Part shown: positions 31,571 to 42,768 of the stretch, in pieces
Position numbering within the stretch: position 1 is the stretch's first letter
Layout of the letters: each line of letters begins with the position of its first letter
Virus record (IMG/VR): IMGVR_UViG_3300021431_000090
Span: 43,086 to 107,085 of that record
DNA from: a virus
Taxonomy: Duplodnaviria > Caudoviricetes
DNA length: 64,000 nucleotides
Strand: one strand, 5' to 3'
The notes under the pieces: generated by a model
Seen by the model: only the letters and a program-made list of their open reading frames with translations
The model's database searches: none
Told to the model about the DNA's origin: nothing
Program-made: the position numbers and the translations under genes

Positions 31571-32750
31571 TTAAATCACTCCTGTTCTGTTTTAACTCAT
31601 TAACACATCTAAGCACCATGATATGACTAGATATGAGCTTAACATAAAGAATTCTATTCCCGCCGTTGAACATAAAGCCACCCAGAACGGCATCTGATCA
31701 TCCCCACTATCGCTGATCCAAATAACAGTTCCTACGATTAATGACGAGAAAAGCCATAGTATTACGCCAGCTAATATTTTAATTGCGTTCCCTCTTCTTT
31801 CAGCCGATAAACCTGGATCTCATCTCAGCCCCACAATTTTTGCAGAAATTCCCTACTGGTTCCATGAGGCCACACTTTGAGCATCGGAAAGTATGATAAC
31901 TTTGAATCCCCATACCAATTAAATGGTCTGTTTGCCACTCACCACGGTTATCAACGATTTGGTATTTCTTTTGTGGATACCCGACGGCTATCATTTCAGC
32001 ACTACCATCATCATTGAAATGAGTCAGGAATGTTTTTGGATCATTCTCGGTTGGAGCTTTAAATCCTTGTATAATAACGCTCATTTTTACCTCATTGTTT
32101 GATTCTGTCGAGCAACTTGCCGCACCGTCCACATCTTAAAAACCGCTTGCCGTAGAAGATCACCTCGACGTACTTCTCTGGCTTGTGGATTCCAAGTCTA
32201 CATAGAAGATTCATCTTGAACATTTTGAACATCATAATAGAAATCCGAAATCGCAGCATTCATTTCGTCATCAAAATACTCTTCAATAAATTCTTCTAAG
32301 TGTCTCTTTACCTCATCTGCGGAATCGACTTCCACATCGTTTGGTACTACTACGCTCATTGAAAGCTTACAACCACACGTTATTTTCTTGTAAGGCAGTT
32401 CCATATTACTCCTCCCACCACATATCTATTGGATCTTCTCTTACTATTTCTTCAGCATTCGAGATGAAACCATCCAGCGCATCATCACCAAACGATTTAA
32501 TGTTTCTGAATGGACAAGCTTGAACTGTTATCCTGCAACGCAAGCAGCCTTTAGTTTCGCATTCTCTTCTTACTACCATCAAAAACTCAAGCGCCTCCAC
32601 CCTTTACCTCTTCTTTCAGCCATTCAAGCCAATCTGCTTCCAATGCTGCTCTTTCTAACATTGGTTGCATTCCGAGTATCCTATTTTCAATGAATGTGAG
32701 CCACTCTGCCAGCTGGCCATCTGTCATCTGACGGATTTTATCTGCGTTTG

Positions 32751-33074
32751 TCATGTTTCCTCCGCTTCGATGATGGTTGGTGCGTTATCAATATCATCCA
32801 AGCAAACCACTTTCTTTACATCATCTGGTCGTAATGCAGCGGAAGCATAGTACCAATTATCTGTTAGCGCATCCACATCAACCAGTCTGCCGTGCGGTCG
32901 AACTTCTTCTAAACGGCACCAGTCTGGTCTTGTTCCCTTTTCGCAGCACTCGTAATACTCTCGTACTCTTGATGGAATCCCTGAAACAAAGACACAATGC
33001 ATATCATAACCAACACCAACAAGTTTACACGGACAACTTTTCGGCATCTCCATGCCCTTAATATAAACCCCCAT
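32751..33074 (-). CDS. hypothetical protein (paralog of 33076-33393)
   Basis: MGVYIKGMEMPK...PHGRLVD.DAL...APTIIEAE. Confidence 0.75.
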   Translation of the reverse strand: MGVYIKGMEMPKSCPCKLVGVGYDMHCVFVSGIPSRVREYYECCEKGTRPDWCRLEEVRPHGRLVDVDALTDNWYYASAALRPDDVKKVVCLDDIDNAPTIIEAEET

Positions 33075-33075
33075 G

Positions 33076-33393
33076 TTATACCTCCGCTTCTATGATGGTT
33101 GGTGCTTCTTCAAGGCAACCCGCAATAGCAGACATCGTAGGGCTTTCAGACAAGTCATCAGTTGCGTATAAACGCAAGCATTCTTCTTTTAGCTCTTTTA
33201 TAATCGCATCCGCATCGATCAACCTTCCATGCGGTTCTGGGATAGTCATTACCTTATGCCACTCAGTTGAACTGCCAGAATTATAATCGTGATATCTCGC
33301 GTATAATTTCCCACTTAATTCTGTAGCAAATTCTATTGTAATCGATGGGTCTATTTCTTTCGGCATCTCCATGCCTTTGATATAAATGCCCAT
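33076..33393 (-). CDS. hypothetical protein (paralog of 32751-33074)
   Basis: MGIYIKGMEMPK...PHGRLIDADA...APTIIEAE. Confidence 0.75.
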   Translation of the reverse strand: MGIYIKGMEMPKEIDPSITIEFATELSGKLYARYHDYNSGSSTEWHKVMTIPEPHGRLIDADAIIKELKEECLRLYATDDLSESPTMSAIAGCLEEAPTIIEAEV

Positions 33394-35335
33394 TTCATTC
33401 CTCCTTCGGCGGCTTTGTATCATCAAACAAAAGCCATTCTAAATGTGAAATAAACAGTTTTGCGTTTTCTTCGTTTTTAAAGCTTGCGACCTTAAAAGCG
33501 TTGTGTTTGTAGTGAATCCATAAGCTTGGATTTTTCCCAAATCCATCAATCTGACTTACAGAAACGCCAAAATCCCCACGTTTGTAGATCATTCCGGCTT
33601 CTCCTTCGGCGGTTCCGACTTACAGATATGAAGGATTCTTTTCGTCTGCAATTCTTCAATCTTTCGTTTTACCGCACATCCAAAACGGATAATTCTATCG
33701 CACTCCTCACACGATCTGTTCAGATTGCAAAATGCAGTAAAATGTCCGTATGTGTGAAACAAAACATGTCTTGCTTCTTCGAGCTGTTCCCTTGTCGGTA
33801 TCATGTTTCCTCCTCCGGCGGTTCTGGAAATCCGTAGTTTTCCTCCATTGGTGGTTTAACAGAATGGCTTTTTGTTCGCCGATATCCATCATCTAATCCA
33901 AAGTATTCTCCGGCTTCATATAATTCGCAGCGTGGCATATCAGGCTTTCGAGCTTTTTCGTTTTGTGTTTTGCTTCGTGCAACCATGCAGCAGTAGCCGC
34001 GCCCATTGGTTTTATATCGGTCAAGCCATTTGCAGCCATGACAGTTTTGAATCATGTTCCTGCCCTCTCTTCCTTTAGTTGACATTTCTTAGGGAAAGAA
34101 TGAATGGATCCGTTCTTTTTAGCACACCAGTAATTACTTATCGTTCGCTCTCCTAACTTGTTTTTAGTACCATAATGCTTTGCAAAGTATATGCATCCGG
34201 CACAATCATGGATACTCATGATTCTTCCTCCGCATGCCTTTCACAAGTACGCTCATTCCTCATAGTTCACCAAGATCATACTGATACTATCAAGGAGTCC
34301 TCTGAAAGAATCTGGGCTCAATGTATTTAATGCTTCATCAAGCAGTTCTTCAACTGCTTCTTCAAAATCGTATTTACTTTTCATGATTCCGCCTTTCTTT
34401 CTGGACAAATCCATGCGCATCCTTCGTATCTGTTCATAATCTCCGAAAAATGTGGTGATTTATTATTGACGCAAAACGAGCCATCTTTGTTACGGCAATC
34501 GTAGTAGGCGCAGTTCTGACAGACAGGTTCGTCATCATCTATAATTGTAATCATGCATCACCATCAAAACAGCTATGTATTTCCCTTGCATCAACTTCGC
34601 AATCCCACTTAGAGCAATGATCATAGTACCAGTTGTACCATTTGCAATTATCACAATTCATATTTTCCATATGCATTCTTTACCTCATTCATAGCATTCG
34701 CACAAATCGTCGTTGTTCACTTGCTTCTGGTGTACAGAACATTTAAGCCTATAAGGTGGGTCATCCATAGATGAATAAATACACGTACCGCATCTTGCGT
34801 TTTTGTGTTCAAACCACCTTATAAACTCGTCTCGATTGCTGAACAGTGCGTAAACCACATAGTTAGCACATTGTTCAACTACTGCCCGTTCCTGTTCGGT
34901 AAGTGATTTTTTGTTGCATTCGTCTTTAACATCTTCACCATAGAACAACAAATTCTCAAAATAGTGTTCAAGATTGCTCAATTATTTCTCCTTTGGTGTC
35001 CAATGCGACCAGTCTATGCACCCCTTATTAAAACGGTCTGGGTCATAGCACATATTCTGCTTCCACATATCGTTGTAATGCCCGAAATAGCATGTACTAC
35101 AGCTCTTTTTTATTTCAATATCAACAGGCTTTTCGTCTTCCTCGCCCCTGAGCTTTCGCCCGCACAAAGGGCAGAATTTGATATCCCATATATAATCGAA
35201 TCCAATTCCGCCATCCCAGTCAGCACTCTCGTATAGCGTGTCGCCTTCTTCGTGGTTCTTGCAGAACTTACAATTAATGTCCTCTATCATATTTAGTCTC
35301 TCCATTTTGTTCCCGACATTTATGTCGGTAACATA

Positions 35336-35476
35336 ACTTCACGGGCGAGGATTTGCACCTCGCATGTCAGATCATTTCGGGCCGTTCGCTACCCACATTT
35401 TCTAAGGCGTTGTCGCACAACGCTATGGCGCATCTGACTCCCCTTTAAGCGTCTACCTATTCCGCCACCGTGAAGT
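35336..35476 (-). ncRNA. tRNA-like RNA with enlarged anticodon/variable region
   Basis: Acceptor TTCACGG/CCGTGAA, Leu-type D-arm GTGGCGGAATAGGTAGACGC, T-arm GCGAG-GTGCAAATC-CTCGC, about 80 nt structured insert. Confidence 0.65.
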
Positions 35477-35643
35477 CTGCTTTTTATTAGTCCCGCTGCG
35501 ATATATCTGTTATATACAACACTCTATAGCCCTCAAGAGTCAGCCATGCAACGGCGTGCTCTATGTTTTGGAAGTACCGTATTATTTTCTTAACAACTCC
35601 TCTGCTCTCAACTACACACTTGTATTTGTACATATGCCTCCGT

Positions 35644-36456
35644 TTATCCGGCAACTTCCCGTTCGAGGATGTCGTTCCCTGCAATGTATTTATAACCTCT
35701 ACTACCAAGATCAAGTGATTTATATGCATCCGATATTTCCTCGGCGTCAAGGCCAATATAAGTAAGCGTCTGTAGCATAGTCGCATGCCCTAGCATTTTC
35801 TGGAGAAGCAGAAGCCGTCTCGGCTCGTTGTTTCCACGAACCATCATCCAGTAGCAGAATGTTTTCCTCAGCGTATGAGTAGAAATCTTGACGTTTAAAT
35901 CAAGATCAGAAGCAATTCCCTTTAAGATGTATTCAATTGCGCGAACAGACAGAGGTTCGTTCTTATTCCCGCCATGATTTGACTCGCTCCTAAACATGTA
36001 GTCGCTCAGCGAAACGCCTGGTGTGTGCTCAAGAAATAGTGTTACAGCCTCAATCACAGCATCATTTACTGTAATATACCTGTTCTTTTTCCGTGACCTT
36101 GTATTCCTCGTTTTCTTCTCAAAAACCGGGAAGCTTTCCTTGAAGGTTAAGTTCTCATTAATAAGGTTAGAAAACCGCAGCATTCTTAAGTCGCTTGCCC
36201 TCAAACCAAAGTTGATTCCTACTATGAATAACATATTGTCTCGCCATCTCTTGTTCTCTATGAGATACTCAGTCACTCTGTAGATATCATCAATGTTTTT
36301 GATTGGTTCGGCGGCATGTTCCGGGGCAATATCGCTCTGGATTTGCTCTGCGGCTGGAGCGATAAGGCCTTGCGCAAGCTTCCTCGAAGTATTGTTTTTA
36401 AGAGCAGAAACATTAATTGTGTTTAAACGTGCTTCTTTGAAATCTACTATCTCCAT
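35644..36456 (-). CDS. tyrosine recombinase (catalytic-domain type)
   Basis: GLRASDL, EKKT, HTLRKTF, LGH....TL.YIG. Confidence 0.9.
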   Translation of the reverse strand: MEIVDFKEARLNTINVSALKNNTSRKLAQGLIAPAAEQIQSDIAPEHAAEPIKNIDDIYRVTEYLIENKRWRDNMLFIVGINFGLRASDLRMLRFSNLINENLTFKESFPVFEKKTRNTRSRKKNRYITVNDAVIEAVTLFLEHTPGVSLSDYMFRSESNHGGNKNEPLSVRAIEYILKGIASDLDLNVKISTHTLRKTFCYWMMVRGNNEPRRLLLLQKMLGHATMLQTLTYIGLDAEEISDAYKSLDLGSRGYKYIAGNDILEREVAG

Positions 36457-36504
36457 ATTGCCACCTCATTCAATTGTAATTAAGACTGCGGTTTAACCTA
36501 CTGA

Positions 36505-37197
36505 CTATTTGTTTATGTACGTATTCTTGAAGTCTTCGAGTAATTTAGCTGCGAGAGAAGACTCTTTAATTGCTAAGTAATTTGCATTCTTAGCGAACCT
36601 CGAAATAAACTTCTTGACTTCCTCGGTCTTGTCCTGATGATCGGCAAGGTACTGTTTGAGGAGTGTGTCAAATTCCCCAATGATTGCCTCAGCGATCGCT
36701 TTATCTTCAGATGCCTCAGCAGCTTTCTGTTTACTACGGTAAGCGTCTACGTCGATGTCGGACTGAGCGATTTGGAAGAATGAAGTAAGGAACTGCCTCA
36801 TTGTGTACGTAAGACCAGATCCTAGCGCCTGTGATGGATCGGCCTGAGAGCCAGTGACAAACCACGGAACTTCGATATAGTCATCTGGGTCTTCATCATT
36901 TATCCATTTGTAAATCATATCTGCTTTTACAAGCATCTCTGTAACCGTGTTATCATATGGCTTTCCCGTCTTATCCACTTTTGTGTTGACAGTAACCATC
37001 TGAGAAACCTCGGCGGTCCCAGGAACAATTGAAGGGATTAGCGAAACATCGTACTTTTTCATACCAGCGGTGACCTTTGCAAGGATTTCCGTGATGTCTG
37101 TGTATGAATAGTTGAATCCCTTTTTGTCTTTCTTCGCTACGTCACTAATCTTGCGAATGTTTGCAAGCTTCTGAACCAAATTAAGTTTTGCTTCCAT
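36505..37197 (-). CDS. ERF-family ssDNA annealing protein
   Basis: K...GFNYSY, D.SQA.GS.LTY..R.FL..FF.I. Confidence 0.8.
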   Translation of the reverse strand: MEAKLNLVQKLANIRKISDVAKKDKKGFNYSYTDITEILAKVTAGMKKYDVSLIPSIVPGTAEVSQMVTVNTKVDKTGKPYDNTVTEMLVKADMIYKWINDEDPDDYIEVPWFVTGSQADPSQALGSGLTYTMRQFLTSFFQIAQSDIDVDAYRSKQKAAEASEDKAIAEAIIGEFDTLLKQYLADHQDKTEEVKKFISRFAKNANYLAIKESSLAAKLLEDFKNTYINK

Positions 37198-37267
37198 ATA
37201 ATCCTTCCTGTGCAGACTTTATAATTATGTTGATATGTAAAAAGAGAAGCCCTTTCGGGCTACTCTT

Positions 37268-38230
37268 CTAAGCAAATGTCATTTTCCAACGTTTGTAGTC
37301 GGTGGAATACTCAGATGCCAATTTCCTCTTCTTTGCTCCTTGTGTATTTCTGCCGGAGCTTAGGTTATATTCCTTGTCTCCTGTTACCGCATCAACAATC
37401 ACATAAAAATCAGGTTTAATACCAGCTAGTTCGTCCTCGTACAATCTATAAAAAACACCTGAAAGCCACACTCTATAATAGCTTAATCTTAATCCGCACT
37501 TATCGTTAGATTTGCTGCATTCAGCCAAGTATCTTTTAGATCTCCTAGAAAGTTCGACACGCATCGAACCAACTGTTGGGACAGAACGAAATCCTCTTAT
37601 TAAGATATCGCCATCTACTCTGCTACGTTTTATCGGTTCATAGTTTGGATGGACATATACAAATTCTTTGAGATTTACGCAATTTTTAAATGCCTGGATT
37701 GCCTCTCTGTATATTGTATATGCCTCACCATTATAAACGACAACCAGATCATCAAGATGTACGTCTGAGCATCTTACATTAAAGATATCTGCCTCGGCCA
37801 TTCCGGCATATGCGAGCCAGTAATAGCAGCGTATCGTATTGTCTGCCGTCTCATCACTTTCCGGCACACAGATCTCATCTAAGTACCTTTGGAGATGTCT
37901 CGGATTCCGCACCATCTCTTGCTTTATTTTCTCTGTGTTGTCTGGGTTGATTTTTAGAAGACCATCACATGCCCCCGGAACGTTATTCTTAATACACCAT
38001 TCCGCGTAGTTGCGTAAAATTGAAAGCCGTAGTGTTTTACTGGACACTCTTAATCCAACAACATTATCAACTACTTGCTTTAATTCATCTTCCCTTTTAG
38101 TACAAATGTCAGCTCCCCATTCATTCTCATATTTTTCAAGGAAGTTGAATAGGGTGAGGCAGGACTTTCTTAAACTAATGCCGTCTGTATACTCTTTTAC
38201 AAACTTTTCCTTCAGCTCAGTGTTATACAT
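37268..38230 (-). CDS. degenerate tyrosine-recombinase-fold protein (possible SPbeta MrpR/YopR-like regulator)
   Basis: MYN.E.K..F, SAM-like N-domain, LAYAG without the catalytic Arg, SG.FY, terminal Y..WK. Confidence 0.5.
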   Translation of the reverse strand: MYNTELKEKFVKEYTDGISLRKSCLTLFNFLEKYENEWGADICTKREDELKQVVDNVVGLRVSSKTLRLSILRNYAEWCIKNNVPGACDGLLKINPDNTEKIKQEMVRNPRHLQRYLDEICVPESDETADNTIRCYYWLAYAGMAEADIFNVRCSDVHLDDLVVVYNGEAYTIYREAIQAFKNCVNLKEFVYVHPNYEPIKRSRVDGDILIRGFRSVPTVGSMRVELSRRSKRYLAECSKSNDKCGLRLSYYRVWLSGVFYRLYEDELAGIKPDFYVIVDAVTGDKEYNLSSGRNTQGAKKRKLASEYSTDYKRWKMTFA

Positions 38231-38254
38231 AGCAATTCCTCCTTATTGTATGTA

Positions 38255-38686
38255 TCACGCAACCGTAATGGTTGCGTTTAAGGAGACTGCTTTTTGCCAC
38301 AATGTGATAAGGATATCCGGGTTTAAAAATGAAATAGCGGACGACGCTAAAATACTTGCGCAAGCAACTTCTGCCATATATTCATCAGGTAAAGATGTAA
38401 TATAATCGCCTATCCGTTCTTTCGACATTCTCTCCGGGTTCTCGCAGAGAACAATACTATCCTTAGGCAACCCAATCTCTTTTGCGGGGAGTATCACATG
38501 CGTCGGCTGTCGCGTTTTCTTTGCGCGACTCGTAAGCGGCAGAGCTATAATATTCGGGCTATACAAATTCCCTACGTTATTTTGGAAAACCAAACCAGGC
38601 CTCCACCCTTTTTGTTCGCTTCCGCTTCCACCGAATTGCATATAGTAGATATCCCCGATACGAGGCTGTCTACTTATTGCTATCAT
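38255..38686 (-). CDS. PemK/MazF-family endoribonuclease
   Basis: GDIYY....GSEQ.G.RP.LV.QN..GN..SP..I..PLTS. Confidence 0.88.
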   Translation of the reverse strand: MIAISRQPRIGDIYYMQFGGSGSEQKGWRPGLVFQNNVGNLYSPNIIALPLTSRAKKTRQPTHVILPAKEIGLPKDSIVLCENPERMSKERIGDYITSLPDEYMAEVACASILASSAISFLNPDILITLWQKAVSLNATITVA

Positions 38687-39114
38687 CGTATGCTACATCC
38701 TTTCGTACAGTTCAGTATAACACACGTGACGCCGAAGATCAAGTTAATTTTATAGGCACAAACAAATTAGTCTATCAAGAAAGTATAGGCAATATCCTTT
38801 TTATTTTCCGTACAAATGATGTCTACTCTTACACCGATACTTTCAATGTCATCGAAAACATGAACATTTTTTACATTTTCCATAGTCATCCTGCCTCCGT
38901 TATTTGTCAGGCTAATTCTATTTGGCTTAAGTACTACAGATATTTTGTCAAATCGCATCGACATGTTCACAGAGTAAGGCGCATTACTCTGATTGATTGT
39001 TGAGAAGACGTAACAAGGGTGTTCTATCCCTGCACAATAATCATCAAATTCCTTTAAGTTTAAAACCCTCATACATTTCCTCCGTTAACCGAACGTCATC
39101 ATTATATAAAAGTG

Positions 39115-39195
39115 TTGACAAATACTTTTGTTTCTGTTATTATTCAAGCATAACCAAGGTTTCTATATAATAGCATAAAGAAATACCATTGTCAA
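39115..39195. promoter_or_regulatory. face-to-face sigma-A promoters of the genetic switch
   Basis: + strand TTGACA(39115)-17-TATTAT(39138); - strand TTGACA(39195)-17-TATTAT(39172); both have TGn extended -10. Confidence 0.75.
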
Positions 39196-39227
39196 TAACA
39201 GACGCATTAAAAATAAAGGAGTGCTCA

Positions 39228-40022
39228 ATGACAATTTGTGAAAAAATAAGAACTATGAGGAATTCCCTCTCTTTTACACAGAAAGAACTCGGTGCAAAAA
39301 TCGGAGTATCCGAAGTTACTATTCGGAATTGGGAGAGCGGGACGAAATTACCGTCAATGCAAGCAATAATTGACCTGTCAGACGCTTTTAATGTATCAGC
39401 TGACTATCTACTCGGCCTAAAGGACAGGCAAGATCTCCCAAAACAATTTACGATTTCAAAATCCGATGAGGCATTCCTAGAAGATTACAGAATGCTCGAT
39501 GAGCACGGAAAGAAAATGGTGCGCACGGTATGTTCTTTGGAAAGAGAGCGTTTAATTAAGGAAAGACAGAGCATTGCGGTCTTGAAACGTAACGCCAAAT
39601 CACATACAAGAACTATACCATTATTCGTATCTCCGGCAGCTGCCGGTGTATCCGTTCCAGTCGATGGTGATGACTACGAAATGATCCCAGTTGAGAATGA
39701 TGTCCCGTTTTCCGCAGACTTTGCTGTCAAAATCCAGGGTGATAGTATGTCGCCGTATATTTCGGACGGCGATATAGTTTACGTGAGGAAGCTACGAGAT
39801 AATCTTGAGATAGGCGATGTTGGCATCTTTAGTGTCGATGGAGCAACGTATTGCAAAATCTTTTATGCGGACGAGAATAATAACATTACATTAGTATCAG
39901 CTAATCCTGTTTACAAAAGTAGTAATGTCTATATTCCGTCAGATAGCGGCATGGAACTAACTTGTTTTGGGAAAGTTATTTTGAAACACAAAATTCCTTT
40001 CCCACATTACTTCAACACATGA
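39228..40022 (+). CDS. CI-like repressor (XRE HTH + S24 peptidase)
   Basis: TQKELG.KIGVS..TI.NWE.G; AAG; GDSM.P; K of YCK; only + strand gene in this arm. Confidence 0.92.
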   Translation: MTICEKIRTMRNSLSFTQKELGAKIGVSEVTIRNWESGTKLPSMQAIIDLSDAFNVSADYLLGLKDRQDLPKQFTISKSDEAFLEDYRMLDEHGKKMVRTVCSLERERLIKERQSIAVLKRNAKSHTRTIPLFVSPAAAGVSVPVDGDDYEMIPVENDVPFSADFAVKIQGDSMSPYISDGDIVYVRKLRDNLEIGDVGIFSVDGATYCKIFYADENNNITLVSANPVYKSSNVYIPSDSGMELTCFGKVILKHKIPFPHYFNT

Positions 40023-41269
40023 TCGCGTCGTCTAGTTTCTCTTTCACTTGATCAACTAATTCAAGCGCATCATTGAGTGAGTCAACAGCACGTTCCATAT
40101 TTTCATACCTATCACTAAATTGAAGATTCTCCGGCATGTTGTCCAGAGAATCTTCTTCTGCATCACGTATTACATCTATCTTAGATTCGACACTGTTTAA
40201 TAGATTTATTACCTCGCGAATTGAATTCCGTCGTTTATCGTTCAAATATTCTTCTCCCAAATACTCGGAAATACAAATTCCATTACCATCGATCCATCAT
40301 CTTCGTCTGGATAAAACCCGAGTGTAACAGACCTTTCGGCAAGCTTATAGAACAAATCGTTTTCAGGATAGATAATTACCTCATCACATCCAATCGCAAT
40401 AGATATCGTCATTTTTATTTCGTCTACCTCAACTTCGATTGAGTTCCCTGAAATATCATCAATGATTTTATCTAATGCATCACAATATGTCTTTAGTATA
40501 TGCTTGCTATCTTTATTCTCTCGAAATGTTGGGGCAAATCTTGTCGTCGCTTCATCAATAACGCTTTCGACAACATCAAAACACTTTATTTTTGGCATAT
40601 GAAACCTCCGATTACTTTCTATCTATTAAAGCAAGCCCATCAAACGTGAAAGCCATGCACACTTTCCCATCTACTCTTGGATATACTTCAAAATTAGAGG
40701 CAAGTGTTGCATATTTTGCAAGCATTCGCGTATTTGAGAACACAACTTTACTACCGATAATTCTGATATACCCAGAACCAATCATCGGTTCATTAATTCC
40801 GTGAGTTACTTTGGCGCCGGTGTTTTTCAGCGAAGATTTGACGGCGTTGTAAACATCGGAAAATTTTCTTATGCCATCTGGATTCAATACACTGACAATT
40901 TCGCCCTGTTTCAATAACTCACTTGCAATTTTGTTGCATAACTCATCAAAAGCCACATCAACTTCGTCTTTCTCAAAGTTTTCGTCATCAAAACTGCTGT
41001 ATTTTTCATTGCCCAATTTAACCACCCAACCTTTCGGTAATCATAAACCTACTGTCTAAATATTGTCTGCATTACATGATACTTTTCTTCAAGCTCTGGA
41101 GGATCTTTGGATTTCCCCAGCTTTTTTATTTTACCATCATCAAGGATTTCATACAAGTAGTAATAATCCCTGGTATTTTTGCTGGTCATAATAAATAAGA
41201 TCTCTCCGCTGCTATTTGCATAATTAACCCATACGATCTCGCCTTTTGGGTACTGGATCTTTGAGTTAT

Positions 41270-42433
41270 CTAGCATTTCTTTAAAACGTTTACGCACGCA
41301 GCTATCGCTTTTGCTGCAAACCTAACCTCTTCTTTTGTATTCATTCTTGAAAAGGAAATTCTGACTGAGTTTCGTGCGTCATCGTCTGGAATCCCCATCG
41401 CTACAAGCACATGACTGGGGTGATTTTCCCTACTCGTGCATGCAGAACCTGCGGAAACACAAATTCCCTCTGCATCTAACATGAGTAGTAACGTCTGCCC
41501 ATCCACGCCGTCGAATCTCAAGTTAATTGTTTTCCCAACAGAATTTACATCCGGCCCGTTTACATGAATAATATCTGCAAACCCGTGTCGCTGTAGCGAT
41601 AGTTCTGAAACAAGTGTTTTGTAAAACATCTGCTTCATGCTGGATGTGTACGCACTATATTCCGCGAAGTTATTCCTTAGTATCTCACATGCCTTTCCAA
41701 ACCCAACAATCCCAGCTACATTTTCCGTGCCGCCACGCAGACCGAATTCCTGCGCAGACCCACCATTAATAAGAGGGTTACACAATAGTTTGTTTCTAAC
41801 AAATAACGCACCAACGCCCTTCGGTCCGTGTATCTTATGTGACGAGATCGACATGAAATCACAATTGAATTTCTTCACGTCGAGTTCCACACTACCGGCT
41901 GCCTGAACGCAATCTGTATGGAAAAGAATACCATTTTCTGCGCACACTCTTCCGATATCCTCAATTGGATTCACTGCTCCAGTTTCGTTATTCATGCACA
42001 TAATCGATGCATACTTTGTATTTTCTGTTATTCTATCACAAAATGCAGAAAATTCAATGCTTCCATTCAAACCGACTGGTACGTACTTTGCCTTGTGCCA
42101 TATATCCACATCATCAACAGCGTTAAGAAGTGAATCATGTTCGGCCTCATCTGTTATGATTTCCTCGTCATCAATAACGCCTAGAAAAGACTTGACGGCT
42201 AGATTATTAGCTTCAGAGCCACCGGATGTGAATATAATCTGATCTGGTTCCGCACCAATCAGACTTGCCACATGATTCCTTGCTGTTTCTACAGCGCATT
42301 GCGCTCGTCGGCCAAGAGAATAAACACCGCCAGGATTCCCGTATTCATCTTTTAAGTACGGCATCATTTCATCTAAGACTCTCGGATCAATCTTAGTTGT
42401 TGCCGCGTTATCAAGGTAGATCAAGTTAACCAC
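41270..42433 (-). CDS. iscS: cysteine desulfurase (IscS/NifS)
   Basis: YLDNAATT, FTSGGSEANN, SSHKIHGPKG, RGGTEN, SAGSAC. Confidence 0.95.
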   Translation of the reverse strand: MVNLIYLDNAATTKIDPRVLDEMMPYLKDEYGNPGGVYSLGRRAQCAVETARNHVASLIGAEPDQIIFTSGGSEANNLAVKSFLGVIDDEEIITDEAEHDSLLNAVDDVDIWHKAKYVPVGLNGSIEFSAFCDRITENTKYASIMCMNNETGAVNPIEDIGRVCAENGILFHTDCVQAAGSVELDVKKFNCDFMSISSHKIHGPKGVGALFVRNKLLCNPLINGGSAQEFGLRGGTENVAGIVGFGKACEILRNNFAEYSAYTSSMKQMFYKTLVSELSLQRHGFADIIHVNGPDVNSVGKTINLRFDGVDGQTLLLMLDAEGICVSAGSACTSRENHPSHVLVAMGIPDDDARNSVRISFSRMNTKEEVRFAAKAIAACVNVLKKC

Positions 42434-42450
42434 TCCCTTCTAATCTATGT

Positions 42451-42768
42451 TTATTTATGTATGGTTAAAAACGTAGAAACGAAATCCAAGAACTCTTTAT
42501 CATCATCCGCTTCTATTTCTATCCCGCAGTTTAACCCAGCGAACATTGCGTCACGCCAAGGCCATCTCCCGCGATCATCAACAATATGATAGCAATTACG
42601 TTTCTTCCCGATTGATTGCACATGCCAATCTAATATCGTAACAATTTTCCCTTTGAATTTTGACATTGAGCTGTGTGCGCGGATATCGTCGTAATATTTA
42701 TCCTTTGTTAAATCAGGCCTAACATAAACTTTGTCGCCAGGTTCGTAATGACCATTCTTCACTAGCAA
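42451..42768 (-). CDS. small SH3-like paralog-family protein
   Basis: GDKV.VRPDL...W.W.D.MF...DDKEFLDF. Confidence 0.7.
   Translation of the reverse strand: MLVKNGHYEPGDKVYVRPDLTKDKYYDDIRAHSSMSKFKGKIVTILDWHVQSIGKKRNCYHIVDDRGRWPWRDAMFAGLNCGIEIEADDDKEFLDFVSTFLTIHK

Noticed and set aside
36009-36017. Fourth GCGAAACGC match to the retron hairpin
   Set aside because: Inside the recombinase CDS, without the flanking stem or closing inverted repeat
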